Positions 9,451 to 20,261 are shown, counted from the first letter of the stretch. The stretch: DNA of 64,000 nucleotides from Sulfitobacter sp. (GCA_051252055.1 JBPOFD010000006.1:62657-126656), one strand, 5' to 3'. The notes: generated by a model from the letters alone, not told the origin. Numbers and translations: made by a program.

Positions 9451-10533
9451 ATGTCTGACCCCGTGACAAATGCCGAGGTAGAGGACGTTCTGTCGTCGAT
9501 CCGCCGTCTGGTTTCCGAAGATAAACGCCCGCAAACCGGCGCGCCAACGGCTGTGCCTGCTGCGGAGCGCCCGCAAGGCAATGCTGCGCCGAACCGCGAT
9601 GCGGGACGGTCGAGCCTGCGCTCGGATGGGCGGCTGGTGTTGACCCCGGCGCTGCGGGTCGCGGCGCGCGATGGGGCGGAACCCCCCGTGGAAGAGCCTG
9701 CTGTGGAAGAGCCTGCTGTGGATGAGGCGCCCTTTGTGGATGTCGATGCGCAGAAGGCGGCACATGTGCCGGAGCCGAGTGAAGCATCTGCGCCTGCGGA
9801 AGACGCGGTGGAGAACATGCTGGCTGATTTGCAGTCGGATGATGCGACTGCGCCGGATGAGGGTGATATGAGCGCGCCGTTTTTCCGTCATGCAGTCGAA
9901 AAGACAGCGGCGGAAGAAACTGCCCGTGACCGTGCAGAGCAAGCAGAGCCCGCGCAAGAGCCTGAGAATGATCCGTTTATGCCCAGCGAGGGGCTGTTGT
10001 TGAAAGCCGCCGGTTTGGTGGCGGAAGACGCGGAAGAGGGTGTGATTGTGGATGGCGATGCGCCGGGCTCCACGCCTGCGACGCTGAGCGCGAAGATTGC
10101 GGCGCTGGAGACGGCGATCGGGTCGATCCGGCAAGAATGGGAACCCGATGACACGGGCACCGATGAATATTCAGGCACCGAAGCCCCGGCCATGGCATGG
10201 GAAGATGACATCGCGGTCGAGGCCGAGCAAGCGGTGCGGCGCAGCCTTTCGGATGCGGCAAAAGAAGCGGCGTTTGAGCTGTCTGATCAGGATCGGCTGA
10301 GCGAGAGCGCTGCGCCGGAGGCTGATGTTGCGGCAGCAGCGGCGGGGTCGATGGGCGCCACAGCTGCGGCAGAGGATGCCCAGACCATCGATGAAGACGT
10401 GCTGCGTGAGTTGGTGGGCCAGATGGTTCGCCAAGAGCTGCAAGGTGTTTTGGGCGAGCGGATCACCCGCAATGTGCGCAAATTGGTACGGCGGGAAATC
10501 CACCGCGCCTTGGCGACGCAAGAGCTCGAATAA
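9451..10533 (+). CDS. PopZ-like pole-organising protein (DUF2497)
   Basis: The N-terminus MSDPVTNAEVEDVLSSIRRLVSED matches the PopZ N-terminal helix (..MEEILASIRRIISED). It has a long acidic Pro/Ala/Glu linker and a C-terminal helical module LRELVGQMVRQELQGVLGERITRNVRKLVRREI. The pcm-tolC-DUF2497 synteny is conserved. Confidence 0.75.
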   Translation: MSDPVTNAEVEDVLSSIRRLVSEDKRPQTGAPTAVPAAERPQGNAAPNRDAGRSSLRSDGRLVLTPALRVAARDGAEPPVEEPAVEEPAVDEAPFVDVDAQKAAHVPEPSEASAPAEDAVENMLADLQSDDATAPDEGDMSAPFFRHAVEKTAAEETARDRAEQAEPAQEPENDPFMPSEGLLLKAAGLVAEDAEEGVIVDGDAPGSTPATLSAKIAALETAIGSIRQEWEPDDTGTDEYSGTEAPAMAWEDDIAVEAEQAVRRSLSDAAKEAAFELSDQDRLSESAAPEADVAAAAAGSMGATAAAEDAQTIDEDVLRELVGQMVRQELQGVLGERITRNVRKLVRREIHRALATQELE

Positions 10534-10537
10534 ACGG

Positions 10538-10572
10538 CCCTCTCCGCGCCCTTTCGGGGAGAGCGGAGGGGG
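10538..10572. terminator. long hairpin between convergent PopZ-like gene and cobQ
   Basis: CCCTCTCCGC ... GCGGAGGGGG gives a 10-bp stem (one G-U) with an inner CCC/GGG extension. There is no clear U-tract. Confidence 0.4.
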
Positions 10573-10593
10573 GCATAGTGTGCTGGGGCGGGT

Positions 10594-12087
10594 TTAGCTT
10601 ACTGGGCTGGACTTGGCCTGCTGCGGCGCGGGGATTTCGGCGGCGAGCGACAGCAGAAGATCCACATCAAAACAGCTTTCGATATGATCGGCCAGCGCGT
10701 CCAGCGTGCTGTCGACCATGGATTCGTAGCCCATTTGTGCCTGCGCACCAAAGCCTTGCAGATAGGCAGCGCGGAAGCTGTCACTGCTGAAAATACCGTG
10801 CAGATAGGCGCCTTGTACCAAACCATTGGCGGAAGTAGCGCCCTCGGGCGTGCCCTCAAAGCGCAGCCAAGGGCGGGCGCTGTCGGGGCCTGAGGTTTCG
10901 CCCATGTGGATTTCATAGCCGGTGATCGGGGCTGCGCTGGCGATATGCGTGCCTTGGCGCAGGGAGAGGTGTTTGACCGGGGCAAGCACGGTGTCCACCG
11001 CCAGATGGCCAAGGCCCGCGACCTGGCCTGCGGGGCCTTCGATGCCATGGGGGTCTGCGATGGTTTGGCCAAGCATTTGATAGCCGCCGCACAGGCCCAG
11101 CACATGACCGCCGCGCCGGATATGGGCGGCCAGATCAATGTCCCAGCCTGCTGCGCGGAAAGCGGCGAGATCGGAAATGGTGGATTTGCTGCCGACCATC
11201 AGCACCAGATCGGCGTCGCCGGGCAGGGGGCTGCCGGGGGCGATAAGGCGCAGATCGACGCCGGGTTCGGCGGCAAGCGGGTCGAGATCGTCAAAATTGG
11301 CGATGCGCGGCAGTTGCGGCACGGCGATGACACAGCCAGCTCCGCCAGAGCGGCGGCGCGCGGGCAGGTCCATCACGTCTTCGGCGGGCAGGCGGGACGC
11401 CCCATCGAACCACGGGATCACCCCAAGGCAGGGCCAGCGGGTGCGGGCGGCAATGTCATCGCGGCCCCGGTCAAACAGCGAGACATCGCCGCGAAATTTA
11501 TTGATGGCAAAGCCGCGGATCAGCGCGTTGTCGGCGGCATCCAGCACCGCTTGTGAGCCAACGATCTGGGCGATGACGCCGCCCCGGTCAATGTCGCCCA
11601 TCAAGATGACGGGCACGCCTGCGGCTTGGGCAAAGCCCATATTGGCCACATCGCCTGCGCGCAGGTTGGTTTCGGCGGGGCTGCCTGCGCCTTCGACGAC
11701 GATCATGTCGCATTGCGCGGCCAGCCGGTGGAAGCTTTGCAAGATGGGGGCCATGAGCGCGGCTTTGCGCTGGCCATAGGTTGCGGCCTCTTGGTGGCCC
11801 CAGATCTGGCCTTGCACGATGACCTGCGCGCCTGTGGCGGTCTGGGGTTTGAGCAGCACGGGGTTCATATCTGTGTGCGGCGGTGCGCCAGCGGCGCGGG
11901 CTTGTAGCGCCTGCGCGCGGCCAATTTCGCCGCCATCGGCGGTGACGGCGGCATTGTTGGACATGTTTTGCGGCTTGAACGGGCGGACGGTGATGCCGCG
12001 CCGCGCGAGGCTGCGCAAAATGCCGGCCACGATCATGGATTTGCCGACATTGCTGCCGGTGCCTTGGATCATGATCGCTTTGGTCAT
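10594..12087 (-). CDS. cobQ: cobyric acid synthase
   Basis: Trimmed to [17 protein letters not shown] (ATG 12087); CobQ/CbiP body with a C-terminal GATase domain. Confidence 0.95.
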   Translation of the reverse strand: MTKAIMIQGTGSNVGKSMIVAGILRSLARRGITVRPFKPQNMSNNAAVTADGGEIGRAQALQARAAGAPPHTDMNPVLLKPQTATGAQVIVQGQIWGHQEAATYGQRKAALMAPILQSFHRLAAQCDMIVVEGAGSPAETNLRAGDVANMGFAQAAGVPVILMGDIDRGGVIAQIVGSQAVLDAADNALIRGFAINKFRGDVSLFDRGRDDIAARTRWPCLGVIPWFDGASRLPAEDVMDLPARRRSGGAGCVIAVPQLPRIANFDDLDPLAAEPGVDLRLIAPGSPLPGDADLVLMVGSKSTISDLAAFRAAGWDIDLAAHIRRGGHVLGLCGGYQMLGQTIADPHGIEGPAGQVAGLGHLAVDTVLAPVKHLSLRQGTHIASAAPITGYEIHMGETSGPDSARPWLRFEGTPEGATSANGLVQGAYLHGIFSSDSFRAAYLQGFGAQAQMGYESMVDSTLDALADHIESCFDVDLLLSLAAEIPAPQQAKSSPVS

Positions 12088-12167
12088 TTGGCGCTCCCTT
12101 TTGTGCCGGGCCACAGTGGCGCAAACTTGGGCTTAGGAAAAGACAGGTTGCGCGGGGCCGGGCAACG

Positions 12168-12200
12168 AAAAACGCGCCCCCGGTGGGAGGCGCGCTTTTT
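12168..12200 (-). terminator. intrinsic terminator (A-tract/T-tract flanked, potentially bidirectional)
   Basis: CGCGCC..GGCGCG stem with an inner CCC/GGG, flanked by GAAAAA and TTTTT. Lies 35 nt downstream of the 12235..12558 gene. Confidence 0.6.
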
Positions 12201-12234
12201 CAGTTCGCGATGTATAGCCCGCGATTGGCTGCTC

Positions 12235-12558
12235 TCAGGCGGCTTCTGCCTGTTGGGCAGCTGCATTGCGGCGTTCGCTTTCTTCGCGAGACAGGGCCAC
12301 AGAGGTCCGAACACCTTTGCCAACAAATTCCATGAGGCCATTCACAACGCGCTCGTTTGGATCGATACCCGCGCAAGACAGCACTTCGCGGCCATCACGG
12401 GAACGGGCCCAACGGGCGATTTGTTCAGGGCCATTGCCATATTTTTTGTCATCTGCAATAGCGTCGTCCAAAGCAGCCAACACAACAGCTGCAAAGAGTT
12501 TGCGGGCACGGTTGCCTTGCTCGTTATTGAAAGCTGTACCGTCAACGAAATCTTTCAT
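12235..12558 (-). CDS. small conserved hypothetical protein
   Basis: 107 aa; good AAGGA RBS 7-8 nt upstream of the ATG; followed by a terminator. No family recognised. Confidence 0.7.
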   Translation of the reverse strand: MKDFVDGTAFNNEQGNRARKLFAAVVLAALDDAIADDKKYGNGPEQIARWARSRDGREVLSCAGIDPNERVVNGLMEFVGKGVRTSVALSREESERRNAAAQQAEAA

Positions 12559-12778
12559 CTCGTCGTCCTTTCGTTATTCTTGCTCTTGTCATTTCGGCGT
12601 GAGGCTCCTTATGACGGATAAGCATCGATTCGGATACCCCGATTTAGCATAGCTGCCATGCAAATTTCACATAGCTCTCTGCGGGTGCAACACGAGATAG
12701 GTTGTCTTGCACGGGGTGACACCTCCAGATATAGAGCGTGTCAAACATTCATCAAGATATCCTCAAGGTTTTGTCACA

Positions 12779-13342
12779 ATGCCAAAGATCAATGGAAATG
12801 AAATTCGCCCCGGCAATGTGCTGGAACATAATGGCGGTTTGTGGGCGGCTGTGAAGGTCGATCACGTAAAGCCCGGAAAAGGCGGCGCTTTTGCGCAGGT
12901 CGAAATGCGCAACCTGCGCAACGGGTCAAAGTTGAATGAACGTTTCCGGTCTGCCGATAAGGTTGAGCGCGTGCGTTTGGAGCAAAAAGACCAGCAATTC
13001 CTGTTCGAAGATGACGGGATGCTGACGGTGATGGACACTGAAACCTATGAGCAGGTGCAGCTTTCCGCCGATCTGCTGGGCGATACGCGCCCATTTTTGC
13101 AAGATGGCATGATGATCGTTGTCGAATATCACGACGCAGAAGCGCTCAATGCGCGGTTGCCGCAAAAAGTGATCTGCAAAATTGTCGAGACTGAGCCAGT
13201 GGTGAAGGGTCAAACCGCCGCCAACAGCTTTAAGCCTGCGATTTTGGACAATGGCGTGAAAGTCATGGTGCCGCCGTTTGTGGGGCAGGACGAGGATATC
13301 GTCGTGAACACCGAGACGATGGAATACGCCGAACGCGCTTAA
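12779..13342 (+). CDS. efp: elongation factor P
   Basis: Trimmed to [22 protein letters not shown]...[16 protein letters not shown]; 187 aa. Confidence 0.95.
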   Translation: MPKINGNEIRPGNVLEHNGGLWAAVKVDHVKPGKGGAFAQVEMRNLRNGSKLNERFRSADKVERVRLEQKDQQFLFEDDGMLTVMDTETYEQVQLSADLLGDTRPFLQDGMMIVVEYHDAEALNARLPQKVICKIVETEPVVKGQTAANSFKPAILDNGVKVMVPPFVGQDEDIVVNTETMEYAERA

Positions 13343-13375
13343 GCGCGATGGAATATGCCGAACGCGCCTAAGCGC
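13318..13375 (+). repeat. 29-nt tandem duplication spanning the efp stop codon
   Basis: GATGGAATACGCCGAACGCGCTTAAGCGC is followed directly by GATGGAATATGCCGAACGCGCCTAAGCGC (2 mismatches). Confidence 0.9.
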
Positions 13376-13395
13376 GGGGACAGCGAGAATTTGGC

Positions 13396-13422
13396 GCGGC
13401 GGGGGAAACCCTGCCGCGTTTT
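13396..13422 (+). terminator. intrinsic terminator of efp
   Basis: GCGGCGGGG-GAAA-CCCTGCCGC stem (one G-U) followed by GTTTTGCGTTT. Confidence 0.6.
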
Positions 13423-13426
13423 GCGT

Positions 13427-14179
13427 TTATGCGGGAGTTTCGGACGCGTCCCAGATCACCCGCGCATCGCCTGCGCGCATCTCGCTGTCTTTGGCGCGGT
13501 CAAAGCGCAGATAGGCGATGGCGGCGCTGCCCGCGACGCTGTGCAAGGTGCCGGCGGGTTTATCCCCGGCCATGATCGGCGTGCCGGGGGCGGCGGTGCC
13601 TTCCAGCGTGACGCGGGTAAAGCCTTTGCGCAGCTCGGTTTTATGGCGCATCCGGGCGGTGACCTCTTGGCCCACATAACAGCCTTTGCGGAAATCCACC
13701 CCATCCAGCCGGTCAAAACCGGCCTCTAGGATAAATGTGTCGGGGGTAAGCTCTTGGCCCGCTTGCGGGATCAGGTTGGCGACGCGCAGAGCATCCCAAT
13801 CTGTGTCATCATCGGTTTGCGGATGATCGCGGTAGGCGCGCCAGCCAAGGGCGGGGCTGCGCGGATCGGGATAGGCATCGCCGGGCAGATCGCCCAGCCC
13901 CCGGTGCAGGTGCAGATCGGTGGGGGCAATCTGTACATCGGCGCGCAGTTTATACATGGAGAGCCGCTGGGCGAGCATGTCGCCTTGGGCCTCAGTCACG
14001 TCGATAAGAATGTCGCTGACATCCGCCGCGACAAAGAAATCCGCGATATATTTGCCCTGCGGGGTCAGCAGCGCGGCATAGATCGGCCCTTGATCCAGCT
14101 TGTCCATATTATTGGTGATCAGCCCTTGGAGAAAGCTGCGGGTGTCTTTGCCAGAAAGGCGCAGGATACGGCGGGTCAT
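13427..14179 (-). CDS. ygfZ: folate-binding YgfZ-family protein (aminomethyltransferase-like)
   Basis: MTRRILRLSGKDTRSFLQGLITNN N-terminus and the KGCYVGQE motif. Confidence 0.85.
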   Translation of the reverse strand: MTRRILRLSGKDTRSFLQGLITNNMDKLDQGPIYAALLTPQGKYIADFFVAADVSDILIDVTEAQGDMLAQRLSMYKLRADVQIAPTDLHLHRGLGDLPGDAYPDPRSPALGWRAYRDHPQTDDDTDWDALRVANLIPQAGQELTPDTFILEAGFDRLDGVDFRKGCYVGQEVTARMRHKTELRKGFTRVTLEGTAAPGTPIMAGDKPAGTLHSVAGSAAIAYLRFDRAKDSEMRAGDARVIWDASETPA

Positions 14180-14240
14180 GGGGGGTGCCTTTGGTTGAGA
14201 TAAGTGACATATAACATCGCAACCTCAGGACGAAAGACCC

Positions 14241-14918
14241 ATGCGCGCACCAATTTCCATTGTGATCCCGACCTTGAATGCCGAAACCGGCTTGCCGCGC
14301 TGTTTGGAGGCGCTGGTGGAAGGGCTGGAGGCGGGGATGATCCGTGAATTGATCGTGTCCGATGGCGGATCAAGCGATGCTTCGGGCGCGGTGGCGCAGG
14401 CATGGGGCGCGCAGGTGTTGCAAGGCGCGCCGTCGCGGGGCGGGCAGTTGCGCGCGGGCTGCGCCGCAGCCAAGGGCGAGTGGCTGTTTGTGCTGCATGC
14501 CGACAGCGTGTTGCCGCGCGGCTGGACCGGCCCGGTGGGCGCGCATTTGAGCAGCGGCAAGGCCGGGTGGGGCAGGTTGCGGTTTGATCGCGGCGGGCTG
14601 CGCGGGCGGATCGTCGCGGGCTGGGCCAATCTGCGCAGCGCGGTTTTTGGCCTGCCTTATGGCGATCAGGGATTGCTGATCCCAAGGGCGCTTTACGAGC
14701 AGGTGGGCGGTTATGCCGATCAGCCGCTGATGGAGGATGTGGCGCTGGCGCGGGCGCTGCGCGGGCATTTGGCGCCGCTGGATTTGAGCGTGACCACCAG
14801 CGCGGATAAATATGTAGCGCAGGGTTGGCTGCGCCGGGGTGGGCGCAACCTTTGGATTTTGCTGCGTTATTTGTCGGGCGCTGCGCCCGAAGCCTTGGCG
14901 CGCAGCTATCGCAAATAG
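14241..14918 (+). CDS. family 2 glycosyltransferase
   Basis: ISIVIPTLNAE...SDGGSSD (DxD-like) GT-A fold signature; 225 aa. Confidence 0.8.
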   Translation: MRAPISIVIPTLNAETGLPRCLEALVEGLEAGMIRELIVSDGGSSDASGAVAQAWGAQVLQGAPSRGGQLRAGCAAAKGEWLFVLHADSVLPRGWTGPVGAHLSSGKAGWGRLRFDRGGLRGRIVAGWANLRSAVFGLPYGDQGLLIPRALYEQVGGYADQPLMEDVALARALRGHLAPLDLSVTTSADKYVAQGWLRRGGRNLWILLRYLSGAAPEALARSYRK

Positions 14919-14921
14919 CGG

Positions 14922-17096
14922 CTAGTCTTCTGTGTGGGTCAGCTTGGGCACATCGGAAGCCCCCGCAGAGCCGCGCCCGGAGAGGGACGGGTTTTCCATA
15001 AAGAAGCGGTGGCAGTTGAAGGCAAATTGCCCTTCGGGCAGATCGGGCCGGGTAAAGGTGCCATCGGGGCGCAGCACCCAGCTTTGGGCGACATCGGCCA
15101 GATTGGCGGCCATGACCTGCGAGGTGATCTGGGCCTTTACCGTGGCGTTTTCAATCTCGACCAGCGTTTCGACGCGGCGGTTGAGGTTGCGGCCCATCCA
15201 ATCGGCGGAAGACATAAACACCCGCGATTTTTTATGCGGCAGCCCGTGGCCATTGCCAAAACACACGATGCGCGAATGTTCCAAGAAACGGCCCACGATG
15301 GATTTGACGCGGATGTTCTCGCTCAGGCCTTCGATGCCGGGGCGCAGCCCGCAGATGCCGCGCACCACAAGGCTGATTTTCACCCCTGCTTGGCTGGCGG
15401 CATAGAGCGCGTCGATGACTTCGTCGTCGATGACGCTGTTCATCTTGGCCCAGATTTCGGCGGGGCGGCCTGCGCGGGCGTGATCGGCCTCGGCGGCGAT
15501 CAGTTCGAGCAGGCGCGGTTTGAGCGTGGTGGGCGAGATCGCCAGATTGTCGAGCCCGTCTGGCGTGGCATAGCCCGAGAGGAAATTGAATACTTTGGTC
15601 GCGTCGCGCCCCAGTTTGGGATCGCAGGTGAACAGTGACAGATCGGTATAGATGCGCGCCGTGATCGGGTGGTAATTGCCGGTGCCGTAATGGGTGTAGG
15701 TGACAAGCTGGTCACCTTCGCGGCGCACCACGGTGCTGATTTTCGCGTGGGTTTTCAAGTCGATAAAGCCGTAGACCACATGCGCCCCCGCCCGTTCAAG
15801 GCGGCGCGATTGGCGGATGTTGGCGGCTTCGTCAAAGCGGGCTTTGAGCTCGACCAAGGCGGTGACGGATTTGCCCTCTTCGGCGGCTTCGCAGAGCGCC
15901 TCGACGATGGGGCTGTCGCGCGACGTGCGGTAGAGGGTTTGTTTGATCGCCACCACATTGGGATCGCGGGCGGCTTGTTGCAAGAAGCGCACCACCATGT
16001 CGAAAGTCTCATAGGGGTGGTGCAGCAGCATGTCTTTTTGCCGGATCGCCGCAAACATATCGCCGCCGTGGTCGGTGATGCGTTCGGGGATGCGCGGGGT
16101 GAATTGCGGCCAAAGCAGATCGGGACGGTTGTCATTGACCAAGGCAGAAAGATCGCCAACGCCGATCATGCCGTCGATCTCGATGACCTCGGAGGGGCCG
16201 ACGCCCAACTCATGCATGATGGTGGCTTTGAGCGCCTCGGGCGCGCCTGCGGAATGGGTCAGGCGCACCACTTCGCCGCGGCGGCGGCGTTTGAGCGCGA
16301 CTTCGAATTCGCGCACCAGATCTTCGGCTTCGTCTTCGACTTCGAGGTCGCTGTCGCGCAGTACCCGAAATTCGAAATGCGCCTTGAGGCGGTAGCCGGG
16401 GAAGAGGACGGGGATTTTCAGGACCAGCAGGTCTTCGAGCGGCAGGTAGCGTTGCACACCGTCAGGGGCGGGCAGGGCGACAAAACGGTCGATCTGGGCC
16501 GGGATCGGCAGCAGGGCTTGCAGGCTGCGCTTGTCGCTTTTGCGTTCCAGTTGCAGGGCCAGCGCATAGCCAGTGTTGGGGATGAAGGGGAAGGGGTGCG
16601 CGGGGTCAATCGCGAGGGGCGAGAGCACCGCGAAAACCTGGTTCAGGAAAACGCCGCCGAGGTAGTCAATGTCTGCCTCGGACAGATCAGCGATGCGTTC
16701 GAGCATGATGCCCGCGGCGTCCATTTCCTCCATCAGGGCGACGAGGATGCGCTGCTGGGTTTGCATCAGGCGGCGGGCGTCTTCGTTGATCATCACCAGC
16801 TGTTCGGCGGGGGTCAGCCCATCGGAGGCAGGCACGGAGTTGCCCGCATGGGCCAGCTCGCGCAGGCCCGCGACGCGCACGGTGTAGAACTCATCAAGGT
16901 TCTTGGCGCTGATCGAGAGGAAGCGCAGGCGTTCCAGCAGAGGCACGCGGGGGTTCTCGGCCTCCTCTGCCACGCGCCAGTTGAACGCGAGCCAGCTCAG
17001 CTCACGGTTAAAGAACCGCCCCGGACCGGTAATATCCAGGTCAGGCAGCGGGGTGGGCGCATCAAAGGGCGCCTTTAAGAAATCAGCTTGGCTCAT
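14922..17096 (-). CDS. ppk: polyphosphate kinase 1
   Basis: 724 aa; [16 protein letters not shown]-terminus and two PLD-like HKD regions (KTHAKIS...). Confidence 0.97.
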   Translation of the reverse strand: MSQADFLKAPFDAPTPLPDLDITGPGRFFNRELSWLAFNWRVAEEAENPRVPLLERLRFLSISAKNLDEFYTVRVAGLRELAHAGNSVPASDGLTPAEQLVMINEDARRLMQTQQRILVALMEEMDAAGIMLERIADLSEADIDYLGGVFLNQVFAVLSPLAIDPAHPFPFIPNTGYALALQLERKSDKRSLQALLPIPAQIDRFVALPAPDGVQRYLPLEDLLVLKIPVLFPGYRLKAHFEFRVLRDSDLEVEDEAEDLVREFEVALKRRRRGEVVRLTHSAGAPEALKATIMHELGVGPSEVIEIDGMIGVGDLSALVNDNRPDLLWPQFTPRIPERITDHGGDMFAAIRQKDMLLHHPYETFDMVVRFLQQAARDPNVVAIKQTLYRTSRDSPIVEALCEAAEEGKSVTALVELKARFDEAANIRQSRRLERAGAHVVYGFIDLKTHAKISTVVRREGDQLVTYTHYGTGNYHPITARIYTDLSLFTCDPKLGRDATKVFNFLSGYATPDGLDNLAISPTTLKPRLLELIAAEADHARAGRPAEIWAKMNSVIDDEVIDALYAASQAGVKISLVVRGICGLRPGIEGLSENIRVKSIVGRFLEHSRIVCFGNGHGLPHKKSRVFMSSADWMGRNLNRRVETLVEIENATVKAQITSQVMAANLADVAQSWVLRPDGTFTRPDLPEGQFAFNCHRFFMENPSLSGRGSAGASDVPKLTHTED

Positions 17097-17146
17097 CGCG
17101 GGCGGTATCGCATTAAATTGTGAGGGTTATGTGACAGTTATCGCGC

Positions 17147-17821
17147 TTATGACGCGGATTTGTCCAGCACAGACGCGGCCAAGCTGCGGGTCAGCGGGCG
17201 TTTGAGTGCGATACTGGCGGCATCCAGCCGAGCCACGATGCGCCCGGCATCGGCAAAGCTGCGGTCGATGCGGCCCAGAAGATAGGGAATCAGGTCGGGT
17301 TTGGGGGTCAATTGCCGATCCGCCAGCAATTTCACCATAACGGCGGCCAGCAGCGCATCGTCGGGCGCATCGAGCGTGGCCTCGGTTGCGCCTTGCAGGC
17401 GGCTGGCCAGATCGGGCAGCGAGATGCCCCAGCTTGCCACATTGCCGCGCCCGGTCAGCAGCAGCGGCAGCCCGCTCGCGGCCATCATGTTATGCAGGTG
17501 AAACAGAGCGGTTTGGGCCTCGGGGTCGGCATTGATGGCGGGGATGTCCTCGACTGCCAGGGGGCATTGCGCGAGGGCGGGCACGGCGTCAGCGGTCAGG
17601 CCTTTGGCGGGGATGATCTGGGCGCCGGACAGGTCGGCCCACACATGGGCCAGATGGGTTTTGCCCGCGCCTTCAGGCCCCGAGAGGGCCATTTTGCCCG
17701 AAGGCCAGTTTTGCCATGTGTCGATCAGCGCCACCGCCAGCGCATTGGAGGGCGCGACAAAAAAGTCAGCGCGCCCCCGCGCAGGGCGCACGGGCAAATC
17801 AAAACCTAGTTGTTTAGCCAT
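17147..17821 (-). CDS. hdaA: DnaA-inactivating HdaA-family protein
   Basis: 224 aa; QLGFDLP..., Walker A-like GPEGAGKTHL. The ppk-hdaA synteny is typical of alphaproteobacteria. Confidence 0.85.
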   Translation of the reverse strand: MAKQLGFDLPVRPARGRADFFVAPSNALAVALIDTWQNWPSGKMALSGPEGAGKTHLAHVWADLSGAQIIPAKGLTADAVPALAQCPLAVEDIPAINADPEAQTALFHLHNMMAASGLPLLLTGRGNVASWGISLPDLASRLQGATEATLDAPDDALLAAVMVKLLADRQLTPKPDLIPYLLGRIDRSFADAGRIVARLDAASIALKRPLTRSLAASVLDKSAS

Positions 17822-17822
17822 A

Positions 17823-18896
17823 TCAGTCGTTTTCTACCGGCGGTGTGTAAGTGCCTTGGTAAAGCAGACTTTGGCGGTATTGTTCAACGGCAAACCGGGC
17901 AATCACGCCAAGCGATGCGGCCACAGGCACCGCGACCAGCATGCCGACAAAGCCAAACAGCGTGCCAAAGACCGACAGGGCAAGGATCAGCCAGACCGGG
18001 TGCAGCCCCACGGAATTGCCCACCAATTTGGGGGTGAGGAAATTGCCCTCGATGACTTGGCCGATCACAAAGATGCCTGCGACAAGCCCGATGGAGACCC
18101 AATCGCCCCAGAATTGGAACAGCGCCAGCCCGATGGCCAGCACGCCGCCAATCAGCGCGCCCAGATAGGGGATGAAGGTGACAAGTCCTGCGACAAAGCC
18201 GATGACAAGGCCAAATTGCAGCCCCACCAGCATCAGCGTGGCGGCGTAATATGTGCCAAGGATCAGGCAGACCGTGCCCATGCCGCGAATAAACGAGGCC
18301 AGCGTTTTATCAATATCGCGCGCCAGACGGCGGATCGTGGGGGCGTGATCGCGCGGCAGCAGCCCGTCAACCTGCGCCACCATGCGGTCCCAATCGAGCA
18401 GCAGATAGACCGCCACCACAGGCACGATCACAAACAGCATGATCACGTTCAAGATCGAGGCCGCCGAAGCCAGCGCGGTGTTGAGCAGCTCGCCGCCGCG
18501 TTCCTGCACCGCTTGGCCCAGCGAGATGATGGAATTGCGCAGGGTGGAGCCTTCTTCGGTGAGCGAGGGGAAACGCTCGGTCAGGAAAACGGTGGATTGT
18601 CTGGCCAGTTGCGGCGCGGTTTCCGACAGGTTGATCGCTTGGGACACCAGCGTCGGCACCACCAGCAGCGCCATGATCACAAAGATCAGCAGCCCGCAGA
18701 TGGTGATCACGGCGGTGGCCAGCACCCGGCTTAGGCCGAGGCGCTCGAGGCGGTCCGCCAGCGGGTCGAGGAAATAGGCAATCGCGCCGCCCAGCACAAA
18801 AGGCAGCAACACATTGCCCATGAACCACAGCACGATGATAAAAAGCCCGGTGGCAACGCCCCAGTATTTCAATTGGTCACGGATGGGCAGGGCCAT
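17823..18896 (-). CDS. AI-2E family (PerM-like) transporter
   Basis: 357 aa with about 8 TM segments and family-typical motifs. Confidence 0.9.
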   Translation of the reverse strand: MALPIRDQLKYWGVATGLFIIVLWFMGNVLLPFVLGGAIAYFLDPLADRLERLGLSRVLATAVITICGLLIFVIMALLVVPTLVSQAINLSETAPQLARQSTVFLTERFPSLTEEGSTLRNSIISLGQAVQERGGELLNTALASAASILNVIMLFVIVPVVAVYLLLDWDRMVAQVDGLLPRDHAPTIRRLARDIDKTLASFIRGMGTVCLILGTYYAATLMLVGLQFGLVIGFVAGLVTFIPYLGALIGGVLAIGLALFQFWGDWVSIGLVAGIFVIGQVIEGNFLTPKLVGNSVGLHPVWLILALSVFGTLFGFVGMLVAVPVAASLGVIARFAVEQYRQSLLYQGTYTPPVEND

Positions 18897-19022
18897 GGGG
18901 CCTCCTGGGTTTTGTTCAGATCAGACATCGCGCATGGCGGCGCTTGTTTCAAGGGTTGCGGGTTGAAATCCGCCCTTGATTGGCCTCTTGTTGCGCAGAA
19001 ATCCAAGGGAAGAGGCGGGCTT

Positions 19023-20261
19023 ATGTCATTTGATGCAGAACTTGAAACGCGGCTGGTGCGGTATGCGGCGGTGGACACGCAAAGCGATGCGCAAAGCCCC
19101 AGCAGCCCCAGCACGGCGCGGCAGCTTGATCTGTCGCGGATGCTGGTTGCGGAATTGGAGCAGATGGGCGCGCAAGATGTGCGCCTGATGGAATATGGTG
19201 CGGTGCTGGCGACGATACCGGGCAACAGTGCGGGGCCTGTAATGGGCCCGGTCATGGGCTGGTGCGCCCATGTGGATACCGCGCCGCAATTTCATGCCAG
19301 CGGCGTGAAACCTGTGGTGCACCGGGGCTATAATGGCGGGGATATCACCTTTGCCGATGCGCCTGATCTGGTGCTCAGCCCAGAGGTTTCGCCGCATTTG
19401 GCCAAGTGCAATGGCCATGACATTATCACCGCCAGCGGCACCACGTTGCTGGGCGGCGATGATAAGGCGGGCGTGGCGATTGCCATGACGGCGGCGCGGC
19501 ATTTGCTGGAAAATCCCGAGATTAAACATGGCGAAATCCGGCTGGCCTTTACGCCGGACGAGGAAATCGGGCGCGGGGTGGATGCCCAGTTGCCCGGTGA
19601 CATGGGCTGTGATTTTGCCTTTACTTTTGACGGGGCTTTGCCCGGAGACATTGAATTCGAAAGCTTTTCTGCCGATGGGGCAGAGGTGACGGTGCGCGGG
19701 GTCTCGGCGCATCCCGGCTATGCCAAGGGCAAAATGGTCAATGCGCTGCATCTGGTGGCCAAGATCATCGACACCTTGCCGCAACAAACCATGGTGCCTG
19801 AACTGACCGAGGGGCGGGAGGGGTTTATCCATGTCAGCGAGGTTGAGGGCGGCTTGACGCAGGCGGTGATCCGGCTGATCCTGCGCGATTTTGAGCGTGA
19901 GGGGTTGGCGCAGAAGGGCGCAATTTTGCGCGCCGTATGCGACGCGGTACAGGCGGGCGAGCCGCGCGCGCAGATCACCTGTGAGATCACGCCGCAATAT
20001 CGCAACATGCGCTATTGGCTCGAGGAGGATATGACGCCGGTTGAATTGGCGCGCAAAGCGGTGCGCGCGGCGGGGATGGAGCCTAAATCAGTGCCCATTC
20101 GCGGCGGCACCGATGGGTCGCGCCTGACGGAGCTGGGGCTGCCTTGCCCGAACCTGTTCACCGGGATGCAGGAAATCCATGGCCCGCTGGAGTGGATTTC
20201 GGTGCAGGACATGGGCAAAGCCGTGGCTGTGGCACTCGAATTGGCCAAGGGGACCGCGTAA
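19023..20261 (+). CDS. pepT: peptidase T (M20B tripeptidase)
   Basis: Trimmed to MSFDAELETRLVRYAAVDTQSD; HVDTAP, GGDDKAG and TPDEEIG metal-ligand motifs. Confidence 0.9.
   Translation: MSFDAELETRLVRYAAVDTQSDAQSPSSPSTARQLDLSRMLVAELEQMGAQDVRLMEYGAVLATIPGNSAGPVMGPVMGWCAHVDTAPQFHASGVKPVVHRGYNGGDITFADAPDLVLSPEVSPHLAKCNGHDIITASGTTLLGGDDKAGVAIAMTAARHLLENPEIKHGEIRLAFTPDEEIGRGVDAQLPGDMGCDFAFTFDGALPGDIEFESFSADGAEVTVRGVSAHPGYAKGKMVNALHLVAKIIDTLPQQTMVPELTEGREGFIHVSEVEGGLTQAVIRLILRDFEREGLAQKGAILRAVCDAVQAGEPRAQITCEITPQYRNMRYWLEEDMTPVELARKAVRAAGMEPKSVPIRGGTDGSRLTELGLPCPNLFTGMQEIHGPLEWISVQDMGKAVAVALELAKGTA

Noticed and set aside
12088-12234. Possible cobalamin riboswitch upstream of cobQ, because a GCCACTG-like string is present in the minus-strand leader.
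   Set aside because: Only about 80 nt lie between the upstream terminator and the cobQ start. I could not find the B12-box (AGYCMGGAGACCKGCC-like) or the GGTG..AA.TCC elements. This would need a covariance-model scan (cmsearch with the cobalamin riboswitch model) to revisit.
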